NCBI GenBank assembly: GCA_004296775.1
Contig: RHGE01000010.1
Location: 39,250 to 103,249, forward strand
Source of the DNA: Marinilabiliaceae bacterium JC017
GTDB taxonomy: Bacteria > Bacteroidota > Bacteroidia > Bacteroidales > Marinilabiliaceae
Direction: 5' to 3'
DNA: 64,000 nt
Under the pieces are notes generated by a model. The model did no database searches. It saw only the letters and a program-made list of their open reading frames with translations, and had not been told where the DNA came from. The translations under genes were made by a program, and so were the position numbers. Below, piece after piece: positions 28,279-38,946 of the stretch. Within the stretch, counting starts at the first letter, position 1. Every line of letters begins with the position of its first letter.

Positions 28279-29967
28279 ATGAGATATTCAAACAAAAAGG
28301 GAATCGCTAGTGTTTGTGGTTTTTCCCTGTTAATGGCAGGGAGTTCGTTGTTTGCCCAAAAACATCAGTCAAAGGAGCAATATAATATACTTTGGCTTAG
28401 TTGTGAAGACATCGGACCGGTTATGGGAACCTATGGCGCCAAGGGAATTGAGACGCCCAATATTGACCGGCTGGCAAGGGAAGGTATACAGTATAACCAT
28501 GCCTATTCCACCGTGGGAGTATGTGCTCCAAGCCGGTCTTCTATTATCACAGGGATGTATCCTGTTAGCATTGGTAGTCAGCATATGCGAACGGGCAACC
28601 ATTGGGGTTTCAGGCCTCCGGAAAAGGAAACGTACCTGAGTTATAAAAAGATAAAAGATAAAACGGGACGGAATGTGCCTGAGTATTCGGTGGTGCCGCC
28701 GTCCTATGTGAAATGTTTCCCGGAATATCTGCGGGCTGCCGGGTATTATTGCACTAATAATGCCAAATGTGATTATCAGTTTAGTTGCCCCATAACAGCT
28801 TGGGATGAGGTGGGAAATGATGCTTCTTATAAAAACAGGTCCGACGATCAGCCTTTTTTTGCTGTCTTTAACAATGGAATAACGCATGAGTCGCAGATAT
28901 GGAAGCGGAAGCAGAAACCTATGCTGGTTGATACGGCTAAGTTGGTTATTCCCCACTATTACCCCGATATACCTGTTGTGCGGCAAGATGTAGGTCGGAA
29001 ATATTCCAACATTCAGGAACTTGACCATGATATTGGCGTGTGGCTGAAAAAACTGGAAGATGAAAATCTGTTGGATAAAACTATTATTTTCTTCTGGAGT
29101 GATCATGGAGGCCCACTGTTGAGACAAAAAAGAGCTGTTGGCAATTCAGGGCTCCATGTGCCTTTGATTGTCCGGTTTCCGGATAAGCGAATGGCTGGTA
29201 CGGTGGTTGATGACATTGTGTCATTAATGGATTTAGGACCAACGGTTCTCTCGTTGGCTGATGTAGAGCCGCCTGAGTACATGCATGGTAAAGCTTTTCT
29301 GGGAGAATATAAAGTGGAAAAGGGACATCAGTATGCCTTTGGTAGTGCTGATCGATTTGATGAGCATACCGATATGAGCCGATCAGTGATTGATGGCCGT
29401 TATGTATATATCCGGAATTTCATGCCTCAGTTACCCTATGTGTATCGGTTGTTTTATCGCGAACAAATGGATATGACGCGAACCATGATTCAGATGAACA
29501 ACCGGGGCGAACTGAAAGGGGATGCTGCCTACCTGTTTATGGATTCACGCCCCGTGGAAGAGTTGTATGATTTGCAGTCTGATCCCGATGAAGTGCATAA
29601 CCTGGCTAATATCCCTGAATGCCGGGAAAAACTGGTGGAACTAAGAAAAGCATTATCACAGTGGCAGCTGGAAGTGGGTGATATGGGCTTCATACCGGAG
29701 CATGATATGGTGAACCTGATGTGGCCCGGTTTTATCCAGCCTCAAACCCAAAAGGTAGTTTTTCAACCATCAGGAAAAGGAACGGTGGTAATGAGCAGTG
29801 CTACACAGGGAGCGTCCATTGCTTATCAGACAGGTAGTGAAATAGGAACCGATCATTGGCATCTGTATGTAAAACCCTTTAAGTTAAAGCGAAGTGAGAA
29901 AATTGTGGCCCGGGCGGTTCGGATTGGTTATAAAACTTCAGAGCAAACCGAATATGAAAAGGATTAG
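28279..29967 (+). CDS. Cys-type sulfatase with a C-terminal extension.
   Basis: Contains 'ILWLSCEDIGPVMG...CAPSRSSIITGMYP' and 'FWSDHGG'. A signal peptide is present. Confidence 0.9.
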   Translation: MRYSNKKGIASVCGFSLLMAGSSLFAQKHQSKEQYNILWLSCEDIGPVMGTYGAKGIETPNIDRLAREGIQYNHAYSTVGVCAPSRSSIITGMYPVSIGSQHMRTGNHWGFRPPEKETYLSYKKIKDKTGRNVPEYSVVPPSYVKCFPEYLRAAGYYCTNNAKCDYQFSCPITAWDEVGNDASYKNRSDDQPFFAVFNNGITHESQIWKRKQKPMLVDTAKLVIPHYYPDIPVVRQDVGRKYSNIQELDHDIGVWLKKLEDENLLDKTIIFFWSDHGGPLLRQKRAVGNSGLHVPLIVRFPDKRMAGTVVDDIVSLMDLGPTVLSLADVEPPEYMHGKAFLGEYKVEKGHQYAFGSADRFDEHTDMSRSVIDGRYVYIRNFMPQLPYVYRLFYREQMDMTRTMIQMNNRGELKGDAAYLFMDSRPVEELYDLQSDPDEVHNLANIPECREKLVELRKALSQWQLEVGDMGFIPEHDMVNLMWPGFIQPQTQKVVFQPSGKGTVVMSSATQGASIAYQTGSEIGTDHWHLYVKPFKLKRSEKIVARAVRIGYKTSEQTEYEKD

Positions 29968-30282
29968 TGACTGTTTTCAAATAATTAATTCCAGTGGTAA
30001 ATAACCCAGTGGAATAGATGTAGTGGCTGGAGGGGGCTCAATGCTAGTTCTATTGAGATAGTTATGTCTGTGTGATCAGTGGTTTAGTGTATTATCATTT
30101 TCAGTATTTATATTGATGCATTTTGTTTCTCCTCCAGTCTCTTTATTAGTGATGTACCTTGCCTGTGTTTCTATAATTGGGGCAGTGAGTTTTGAAATTA
30201 TAGCTTGTGCCAAAAGATACATTGTAATGGTGTGACAAATAACCGGATTGATTACTCGTCACAACTCTCAAGATCTAAAAAA

Positions 30283-31650
30283 TTATCCAGGGATGAGTTT
30301 CATTTCCTGTTCTTCATAATTAACTTTTTTCCATTCCGGGATTAGTAGGATGACAGAGACAATGAAGGTGAGGATGTCGGCAATGACAAAGGCGTACCAA
30401 ACTCCTTCTTCCCCCATTAGGTTAGGCAGAAAGAGAATCATCGGAATCAGGAATAAAATCTGACGGCTAATGGTAAGTAAAAAAGCCGGTTTGGCCTTAC
30501 CAACAGCTTGCAGATAGCTTGAGCCTATCAGTTGAATCGGATGGGTTAACCAAGTCAGAGTAATGATGATAAGGGCCGTAGCTGCCGAATGAGCTACGGT
30601 AACATTGTTAGTGAACATCGATGACAGCTCATTACTGAATAGCCGGGCGATGGCAAAAGTTATGAAGTTGATGAGGAACCCTGCTGTGAGAGCGGTTAGG
30701 ATAACCTTTCGTACCCGGTCAAATTGGCGAGCTCCGAAGTTAAAGCCTGCAATGGGCATAAATCCTTGTACCAACCCGTTTATTGGAGCCGATAGCACCA
30801 TGTAGAGCCGATTGATGATACCATAAACTGCAACGGATTGTTCACCGCCATAGCGAAATAAGGTGTGGTTGGCAGCAATGGCAATAAAACTTGCGGCTCC
30901 TTGTCGTCCCAATGTGGATGCTCCCAGGCCGAGTGTTTCTGTTATAATTGCTTTTTGAGGGATCAAATTTGTTATTTTTAGCTTCAGGGAACTTTTTCCT
31001 CGCAGGAAGAAGGAGGTGATATATGCTAAACCTACCACGTGGGCCAGGAGTGTGGCAAAGCCTGCGCCCATTAATCCCATGTGGAGTTGAACGATAAAGA
31101 TGTAATCCAGCAGGATGTTTATCAAGGCTGAAATCAATTGTGCATACATTGGAAAACGTGCATTACCTTCAGCACGTAGTATGTTGTTTAAACACATTTT
31201 CATGGCATGAAAGGGTATTCCTGCCAAAATATAAATGTAATACGGCCATACTTCCTGTGTGATCTCCCCCCGGGCACCAAAAATAAAGAGCATGGTATCG
31301 CCAAAAATATAACCCAGGATAGCCAGTGATCCGGTTATTAAAAAGGTAAGTCCAATGGCATTACCGAATACTTGGTTGGCGCGTTGGTGATCTCCGGCAC
31401 CAAGGGCACGTGATATAATGGAACCGGCACCAATACCGATGGCTAACCCGAAAACCGGTACCAGAAACATGATGGGCAGTACTACCGACATACCTGCTAA
31501 GCCGCGGGAACCGGCGAATTGTCCCACAAAAATAGTGTCCACAATGTTGTAAGTCATTATAATAATGAGTCCGAACATAGCCGGGGTGGATAGCTTAAAT
31601 AGTAATTGGCCTATTGGAGTGGTGCCCAGGTTATTTTTATTTGTTGTCAT
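30283..31650 (-). CDS. MATE-family efflux transporter.
   Basis: 455 aa with 12 predicted TM helices. Length and topology are typical of the MATE family. Confidence 0.75.
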   Translation of the reverse strand: MTTNKNNLGTTPIGQLLFKLSTPAMFGLIIIMTYNIVDTIFVGQFAGSRGLAGMSVVLPIMFLVPVFGLAIGIGAGSIISRALGAGDHQRANQVFGNAIGLTFLITGSLAILGYIFGDTMLFIFGARGEITQEVWPYYIYILAGIPFHAMKMCLNNILRAEGNARFPMYAQLISALINILLDYIFIVQLHMGLMGAGFATLLAHVVGLAYITSFFLRGKSSLKLKITNLIPQKAIITETLGLGASTLGRQGAASFIAIAANHTLFRYGGEQSVAVYGIINRLYMVLSAPINGLVQGFMPIAGFNFGARQFDRVRKVILTALTAGFLINFITFAIARLFSNELSSMFTNNVTVAHSAATALIIITLTWLTHPIQLIGSSYLQAVGKAKPAFLLTISRQILFLIPMILFLPNLMGEEGVWYAFVIADILTFIVSVILLIPEWKKVNYEEQEMKLIPG

Positions 31651-32196
31651 GTGTATCGAAATGAATGTTCAGCTGTGAGGAGTGTCCAGGCAGCTTTTAA
31701 TAACAGATGGTCGACTAATCAAATCCTATGCCACGCTTTGCTGGAATAGTAGTTTTAACATTTATTCTATATTTCATATGCTTAGAGTATGCAGTCTTTG
31801 TTGTTTAAAATCAGAAGTAATTGCTTTCCTTTTAGGTAATGGAGATTAACGGAAAGGTAGGGCAGTGTTATTATTAACCAGCTGTCAGTGTTTAGTTCCA
31901 AATTGTCAGTAAAGCTCTCGGTAGTGTTATCTTTTTGTTAATTTTTCACTGTAGAATAAACATGCCAGGGATTAATCTTATTCTTTTGATCCTTGATTAT
32001 GATTAGATATATGCATGCCTTTGTCAGGTGGTTAGGATGGGAGTGTTGTTGTTTTGTGAAATAAATAATTCCTCCTTAGACTTGATGAAGAATCCCTTTA
32101 TTTTGTGAATATTTGTTAGAATCTTTTGGAATGTTATAAAATAAACTTCCAATTAGTTAAATTTGTTACTGGTTTCAACTAAAAAGCTTACGGAAC

Positions 32197-35100
32197 ATGA
32201 AAGATGAGAGAATAAACAATCTTAAGCCAAGCAAGCGGGACAGGAAGGATATGATTCAATATATCAACCTGCAGCTGGCAGCTTTAGGACAGCCATTATT
32301 TTATGATGATAGTGATGCTAAAACAAAGTATTCAAATGCTAAATTTTTGTCACTGACCGAAGACTTAATTAATAGTTTTAGGGAAAAGTCACGTTTGTTA
32401 TCAGATCACCTTTCACCGGTAGATACAAGAATTCAAAACTTTATTGACGACTATTTAAAAGACGTTGATATTGAAAAATCTTACCGTCTGCCTAATAATA
32501 CATTTGTGTTGAATCAAAAAGGCCTGGCCAGAGAGGTGAGTTTGCCTCCTAATGGTAAAACCTTTAAGAATGAATTGGTCAGTTCCTATCGGGTAAAGCA
32601 AGGGATATTAAATAACCCGGCTCACGATAAAAGAACGACAAAAGGAACTTTTCATATCGTAGCCGGTGGCTTACCAGTGCCCTTGGATAAGAAGGAAGTG
32701 CCTGAAGTGGCTTTTGCCCACATGCTCCATGCTGCTCTTCGTCCGTCCGACAGCATGAATATTTTACCTTTCACTTCTAATCAAAGGGAACAGGCCAGAG
32801 TGATGGTGTCACTCTTATTAAGGCCGGTGGTATGTCCCGAAGTGAAAGGCGTGATGTCGGAGAAAAGTATGGAAGTACGTTTCTTTGCACCTGGATCCCT
32901 GGTTAGTAATCTGGATTTTGTGGAATCGATTTTCGGCAATGCCGGTGATCATAACCTGGCGGTGAATGATGCTGCACTGGATGTGGAGCATTGGACGGGT
33001 CATACCGGGTGTATTATTCTGGCCCCTCAGTTAACAAAGCTTAGAAAGAAAGATGTTGGCCTGCCACATTACGATGATGCTACCGAAAGGCAGCGTGCTG
33101 ACGGTATGTGTTGGAAGGATGAAAATGAATTATATAATGAAGGCGGTGCTTTTAAGGTTACTTGCCGTGATGAGCGGGGTGTTGTGATAACGCTGATTGC
33201 GGATAACTATTTTGGTTATTCCAAGAAGGAAATTAAAACGCAGATCAGTTATTCAGCTAATCTTTATGGTTTAGTGGAAGAGGAGCATGCCGGAGGCGCC
33301 ATTGCTTACCCACGGGGCACTTTTAGTGATAAGGTCTTTGGAGAGGTGTTTTCTGCAAAGCTGGATAATGCTTACTCGTTCGAAGAGGTTAAGCAGTTGC
33401 TTGTTGATAAAATTGAAGTGAAGGCCGGGAATTATGCCGTAGATAAAAACTATCCGGATATTATATACATTCCGGAGGATGCCGACATTGATATAGATGG
33501 CAGCATAGTGAACTGGACATATAAGGGGGAGCCTCAACAGTTGAAATTATCACCTAATAAGGTGTATGTGCACCCCTCAGGTTATAAGTTTCAATTGGTG
33601 AAACATCCGACATTGCAATTGTGGCGCATTGTTAATACAAACCCGGAAGGCGTTTTTTGTCATAAACCTTGTACCGTTTCGGGTGGTGGAAAATCAGAGA
33701 TTTCCAAATCCATGCAAAATGCCATTCAGTATGGTACTTTTAATATTGTGGATATTGAGGATGATTTTAATAAGGCCGATGAAATTATTAACTATGACTA
33801 TTCACACCGGTGGAAAAACATCCGACCGGATGCTACCCCATCAAGGTCCTTTTTGAGTCCTAAAAGAACATTGGGATCAGCAGTGAAGTTGTTGACACCG
33901 TCTGATCAGTACAATGATGAATACAATGATTTCCTTAAGAGTATACCGGCACATATCAGGTCGCTGGCGCTTTTTGTGAAGCGTTTGTATCGAAACGATC
34001 GTGAAAAGGGAAATTGGAAAGAATACATGTCGGTGGAGATTGTGAATGGTCGGAAAGGAACCACCTTGCAGTATAAAAATAAAAAGGTAATCGGTAGTTA
34101 TGTCCGTATTGGTTTTAATCCGGAAGGTCACTGGTTGTTACATAAACTGAGAAGTGATTTTGTGCCCAGTCAAAAGATACAGATGGAAGATGATATCTCT
34201 GCTTCTATTACCTTGCCCACTCATCGTCTGAAGAACCTGAATTCTGAGTATTCTAATCATAGTGTTAAAATTGTAACCAATTGTGAGAGTCATCTCTTTC
34301 AGCGACCGGATGAAGCGGTTATCAGAGGGTATGACAAGGATGCTGAAGCAGACATTGTCCAAAACAATACTTTCCTGACCAATTATGAGCCGTTGACAAA
34401 GAAAGATGCCATCGATCTTTATGAAGATGCCATCAACTTTGAGCAATATACACAACCGGTTAAGGATCTTATCACAAAAGTTGTTGAAAGTGATAAGGAA
34501 GGTTATTTTGTTACACCTTCACATACCCGGATTGTAGACGGGCAACCAACCAAGAATCCACGTTATTTACAGCGTAATATTTATAAGGAAGAAACATTTG
34601 ACAGTTATCTGGGTGAGATAGGCGTTCGTTTGCATCGTAAAATAAATGCAGGGGATGCGGTGATTCATCCGGTTAATGCCGTATTGCCGGGAAGGCGTAA
34701 TAATCCTGTAGATCGAAAGGCTGGTATACGTCCGTTGAGTGTTTACAATCCTATCCATTACCAGGAGTTGCCTGAGTTATTCATGGATTTCATTTGTAGT
34801 CTGACAGGTAAATCACCTTCCACTACCGGAGCAGGTTCGGAAGGTGCCTTGACCAAAGGACCATTCAATATGTTAACGCCTACTTCTGATCTGAATAATG
34901 CTTTGTTGTCGTATATCTTAACCGAATATCAGGGTTTCAGTTCTGCGGCAGGTTACATTGGGTCTGAAAACCGTTTCGACCATGATATCAGTATTCTGAT
35001 TCCGGAAATATGGGCCCGTTTAATGCCGGAAGATCGTGATCCTAAGGTGTTGATTGAAAATGATTGTCTGGAGAAACTGGAGGATTTTGAATTTCAGGGA

Positions 35101-35673
35101 CAGAAAGTATTGGCCAGTCGTTTGGGATACCGGATCAACAGCAACTTTGCCTTCAGGTGTATGAACCGCTTGTTCGATGAGCCGTTGGCTGTTTTCGATG
35201 AACGCATGTTAAAGCCTGAATTGCAGGGAATGGAAGATTATGTGGATGGCATTAATAACATTGTGGAAGCCCAGCAAAAAGTTGGTTTGCGTTATTTTGA
35301 AGATGGAAGTGTGGAGGCAGCTATTCCTCCGTTGAAAATTTTGCTTCATGTAATGGCTTATGGTCACTATGAAGGAAAAGAGATCAGCGATCCCGAATTG
35401 CGCCGATATTTTGACCGGGATAATGTCATCAACAGCGATTGGTATAAGGAACGGTTGAAGTTAAAGCAGCAGAAGGACATTGCGTTCCATAAAAAACAAG
35501 TGGGTTACTTGCAGGAGTTCATCTCAAATCCCGAAAATGCCATTTTAATGGATGAGATGACTATTAACCAGCGTATGGATAAAGCAAAGAGGATGTTGCA
35601 ATATGCCGAATCGGATCAATACATTGCCGATTTAACCGGTACCATTGGTGCTGATCCTTTGTTTAAAAAATAG
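32197..35673 (+). CDS. Large (1158 aa) cytoplasmic protein with no recognisable domain.
   Basis: A long uninterrupted ORF with coding-like composition. No signal peptide or TM segment. A terminator follows it. Confidence 0.7.
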   Translation: MKDERINNLKPSKRDRKDMIQYINLQLAALGQPLFYDDSDAKTKYSNAKFLSLTEDLINSFREKSRLLSDHLSPVDTRIQNFIDDYLKDVDIEKSYRLPNNTFVLNQKGLAREVSLPPNGKTFKNELVSSYRVKQGILNNPAHDKRTTKGTFHIVAGGLPVPLDKKEVPEVAFAHMLHAALRPSDSMNILPFTSNQREQARVMVSLLLRPVVCPEVKGVMSEKSMEVRFFAPGSLVSNLDFVESIFGNAGDHNLAVNDAALDVEHWTGHTGCIILAPQLTKLRKKDVGLPHYDDATERQRADGMCWKDENELYNEGGAFKVTCRDERGVVITLIADNYFGYSKKEIKTQISYSANLYGLVEEEHAGGAIAYPRGTFSDKVFGEVFSAKLDNAYSFEEVKQLLVDKIEVKAGNYAVDKNYPDIIYIPEDADIDIDGSIVNWTYKGEPQQLKLSPNKVYVHPSGYKFQLVKHPTLQLWRIVNTNPEGVFCHKPCTVSGGGKSEISKSMQNAIQYGTFNIVDIEDDFNKADEIINYDYSHRWKNIRPDATPSRSFLSPKRTLGSAVKLLTPSDQYNDEYNDFLKSIPAHIRSLALFVKRLYRNDREKGNWKEYMSVEIVNGRKGTTLQYKNKKVIGSYVRIGFNPEGHWLLHKLRSDFVPSQKIQMEDDISASITLPTHRLKNLNSEYSNHSVKIVTNCESHLFQRPDEAVIRGYDKDAEADIVQNNTFLTNYEPLTKKDAIDLYEDAINFEQYTQPVKDLITKVVESDKEGYFVTPSHTRIVDGQPTKNPRYLQRNIYKEETFDSYLGEIGVRLHRKINAGDAVIHPVNAVLPGRRNNPVDRKAGIRPLSVYNPIHYQELPELFMDFICSLTGKSPSTTGAGSEGALTKGPFNMLTPTSDLNNALLSYILTEYQGFSSAAGYIGSENRFDHDISILIPEIWARLMPEDRDPKVLIENDCLEKLEDFEFQGQKVLASRLGYRINSNFAFRCMNRLFDEPLAVFDERMLKPELQGMEDYVDGINNIVEAQQKVGLRYFEDGSVEAAIPPLKILLHVMAYGHYEGKEISDPELRRYFDRDNVINSDWYKERLKLKQQKDIAFHKKQVGYLQEFISNPENAILMDEMTINQRMDKAKRMLQYAESDQYIADLTGTIGADPLFKK

Positions 35674-35699
35674 ATGACTTCTAAAGTCAGGAATTAATA

Positions 35700-35735
35700 A
35701 AAAGAGACTGTCGCTGGGCAGTCTCTTTTTTTTAG
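35700..35735 (+). terminator. Rho-independent terminator.
   Basis: agagactg...cagtctct stem followed by a T8 run. Confidence 0.7.
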
Positions 35736-36709
35736 TGTGTTTAATTACAATTACTGTATCGTTAGGTTTTTGTAAATGCTTGATAGATCACTGAATTCGT
35801 TTTCACAAAAAAATTCATCATAAATTACCCTTAATACCTTTAATTTTCCACTTAAGCCGTGGAGGCTCTTATTTTGTTCACCTTTTTTATTGTTGTTTTA
35901 AGGTATTCACGATTTTCAATTCTCCTACTTGCTGAGGTCGGAATCACAACAATATTGCTATTGTACTGCTAAAAGTGATTGCCCTGTTTGATAGATACCT
36001 TTTGAATAAATAATACCAAACCTGTTTAACTTCGGGGATTTTCAATTCAAAATGCCCCTTGTTTGATCCCGATAGACGATTAAAGACCAATGAAATTGAT
36101 GTAAAGCAGACTTACTTTCATTAATTGTCATCAGGTAAGTGCTCAAAATACCTCATTGTGTATCCAGGTAAGTGCTTTTTACAAAGCACTTATCATCCCT
36201 GTTCTGATAGTTTATTACAGGGCCAGCAAAATCATTTGTTAAAAGAATTATTTATTGGTGGGGAATCGTTCATTGTATAAAGTGTTGGGGTGTGTGATTG
36301 TTGTTTGTTTTGGGTAAATGAAAATTAGTAGTGGTGTATGATAAGCAGGAATGAGTGTATAAATGAAAAATTATAGGATTTAATAAGTAACCGAAAGACA
36401 TAAGAAAGGTATGAAAAGAAATAGTATGGTAGTTTAGGCGTGTGTTCTAAGTAAAAGAAAATAAATGAGAAGAGGGGTGTAGAGGAGGTTTGGTATTGCT
36501 TTGGAAGTATCAGTGACGCAGAATGGGTTTCTTTGAAAAAATTATTTGTAGGTGTAAAATGTTATATTTATTGAGCTTAGGTAGTGGTTGTAAAAAAGCA
36601 TGAAAAAAATCATTATACTAAAAATAGGTTGTGTGTTAAAAACGAAATACATTTATTCTTCGAAATGGGATAGTAAAATTCTATTTTGTATGTTAAACTA
36701 TAATACAGT

Positions 36710-36928
36710 TTGAAAATGAAAAAGTTTATTAGCATCGAGGCTTTTAAAGCCAACAAATTGCGTGAGAAGCAAATGAGTGCCTTAAAAGGTGGCGGGCCAA
36801 CTACTGGTCATCCAGGAACAGCAGGAGCCCCTCCGGGACCCACTGATGATGATTGGAACGGACCAACACCTCCTACAACAGGTGGCGGGCATGCGGGTGC
36901 ACCTCCTGCACCGGTAGATCCTAGATAA
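36710..36928 (+). CDS. RiPP precursor peptide candidate (GG-leader, Bacteroidetes type).
   Basis: 72 aa. The leader is 'MKMKKFISIEAFKANKLREKQMSALKGG'. The core is Pro/Gly/Thr-rich, 'GPTTGHPGTAGAPPGPTDDDWNGPTPPTTGGGHAGAPPAPVDPR'. It lies 490 bp upstream of an rSAM/SPASM gene on the same strand. Confidence 0.6.
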   Translation: MKMKKFISIEAFKANKLREKQMSALKGGGPTTGHPGTAGAPPGPTDDDWNGPTPPTTGGGHAGAPPAPVDPR

Positions 36929-36939
36929 GATCTTTGTCT

Positions 36940-36975
36940 AAGAGGGGGAAAAGGTTTTTCACCTTTTCTCCTTCC
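36940..36975 (+). terminator. Imperfect hairpin after the precursor gene, a possible attenuator or partial terminator.
   Basis: gggggaaaaggt ttttc accttttctcc. The downstream T-run is weak. Confidence 0.35.
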
Positions 36976-37415
36976 AAAATAGTTCTGTCATTTTATAATA
37001 GAGTGCAGGTTAATTGAGTGTTAAAGAATTGGGATGAATAGATTGGTTGGTTTTTGACATCAGCCCTTAGGTGTAAATAAGTATCAATTTTATATCATAT
37101 ACCAAGCTTTAACATGTTCCTCCCTTAGAGTGCTAAGATTTTCACAGAAACCGCAATAGAGAATCGTAAACACGCGTTTATCCTTTGTTTTATTTGGCGA
37201 GATAAAATTGCGTCTTCAGTGATGAATATGCAATTCTGGTTATTATGACGTTAATGTTGGTTAACACCCCTCGCAGAACTAAAATCTAACGAACTATTGT
37301 GATTATTACAGCTACTGAAAAAATGACAGGTTGCTATTGTCATTAGATTACAATCGAAAAATTGTTTTTTATTCAACCCTTCACTTTTTTAAGGAGTGAA
37401 GGGTTGCTAATATAT

Positions 37416-38516
37416 ATGAAAATGTCTCAGAATATACCTTTTACTTTCCCGGGAATGATTGTCTGGGAGCTTACTGAGCAATGCAACTTTAAGTGTTTGC
37501 ATTGCTATAATTTAGGTCAGAATTCAGGTCGAATTGAGTTTGATAAAGAGAAGGCGCTAGATATATGTGATCAGCTAATTGATTTAAAGGTCCGCTATGT
37601 TCTTTTGTCTGGCGGAGAGGTACTGATGTGTGATTTTTGGGAGGAGATAGCCAGGAAGTTGGAGGATGGCGGCGTTCGTACCGGCATAATTTCAAATGGT
37701 TGGTTGGTTGATAAAGCCATGATCGATCGAATCAAAGCGACCGGGGTGGATTGGGTCTGCTTTAGTTTAGATGGCGCTGAAGCGGTACATGATAAGGTGC
37801 GTCAGAAAGGGTCGTTTCAACGCATTATGAATGCCTTGGATCTTTTGGCTGATGAGGATGTCTACACCAGTATAAGTACGGCCATGAATAAATTGAATAT
37901 TCAGGATATGGAGCAGATGTACCAGGTTTTGTGTGCGAAAAAAGCCAATGCCTGGCAATTGCAGCTGGCTGTTCCCGAAGGCGCATCAAAGATCAATGAG
38001 AATGAGTTGATTTTGGATCCGTCCCAGATTGATACCATCATTGATTTTGTTTATGATCGATTTCGTGAATCGCCTGTAAGGCTATACCTGGGTGATTGTG
38101 TCGGATACTATAATGTGAAAGAGATCGAAGTAAGATCATCAGGCAAAGCGGAAGAGATGGGGTTGATGAATTTCGTGGATGGTTGTCAGGCTGGTATCGG
38201 TACAGCCGGCATTAAAGCAAATGGTGACTTTACCGGTTGTATCTCTTTAAGTCATCCGTTTTATGTAGCCGGCAGTGTGTATGAACGCACTTTGCTTGAT
38301 ATGTGGAATGACCCTAAGAGTTTTGCCTGGAACCGGTATTTTGACAAGGATCAGTTAAAAGGGGATTGCAAGGAGTGTGTGTATGGGGAGTATTGTTTGT
38401 CAGGGTGTCCCGGATTTAAATACGATGATGATTTCAATGTCGTGGAAAACAAACATTGTTCCTATAATTACGCCATTAAGCAAGAAAGATTGAAAAATGC
38501 CGGGATTTCATCGTAA
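37416..38516 (+). CDS. Radical SAM enzyme with a C-terminal SPASM domain, a candidate peptide maturase. The ORF opens at 37362; the Met at 37416 is the more likely start.
   Basis: 'ELTEQCNFKCLHCYN' is a CX3CX2C motif. The C-terminal Cys clusters are 'DGCQAGIGTAGIKANGDFTGC' and 'CKECVYGEYCLSGCPG', which are SPASM-type. A hairpin at 37372-37407 lies upstream of the Met at 37416. Confidence 0.85.
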   Translation: MKMSQNIPFTFPGMIVWELTEQCNFKCLHCYNLGQNSGRIEFDKEKALDICDQLIDLKVRYVLLSGGEVLMCDFWEEIARKLEDGGVRTGIISNGWLVDKAMIDRIKATGVDWVCFSLDGAEAVHDKVRQKGSFQRIMNALDLLADEDVYTSISTAMNKLNIQDMEQMYQVLCAKKANAWQLQLAVPEGASKINENELILDPSQIDTIIDFVYDRFRESPVRLYLGDCVGYYNVKEIEVRSSGKAEEMGLMNFVDGCQAGIGTAGIKANGDFTGCISLSHPFYVAGSVYERTLLDMWNDPKSFAWNRYFDKDQLKGDCKECVYGEYCLSGCPGFKYDDDFNVVENKHCSYNYAIKQERLKNAGISS

Positions 38517-38946
38517 TTGGTGAAAAGCCATAAGTCTGTGTTATTGTTTGCCGAGAATAAAGAATAGGGATAAAACTTTATAAGGAAAAATGGATGGAGA
38601 TTTAAGGGAATGTAACCCGGAAAATCTTCATCTTGTTTTTTGATTGTGTCCCATTAGATGGTGGAAGTTAAAAGAAAACTCATAACTGTTACTGGTAGGT
38701 TGTTAGTGTAGAGAATCTAATTGGTTGAGTGAATATGTTTAGGATTTGTGAGTGAGTGCAAAGTTTGTTTCATTACACATCATTGCATCAAAGGTATTTG
38801 AGAATGTATTTCCCGGGTTGTTAAGGTGATGGTTTAAATAATCACAAGGCATTTCGCTTATTCGTAGGGGGGTGAAAATCCGGTGCGATCCTGTTTTGGG
38901 AAGTGGAAAAGAGCGTCAGGTAAAAGGGGCTTCCTGAAAAAGGGTT

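Noticed and set aside
37362-37415. Upstream extension of the rSAM ORF (MFFIQPFTFLRSEGLLIY)
   Set aside because: It spans a strong hairpin (aacccttcac...gtgaagggtt). Met 37416, just before the CX3CX2C motif, is the more plausible start.
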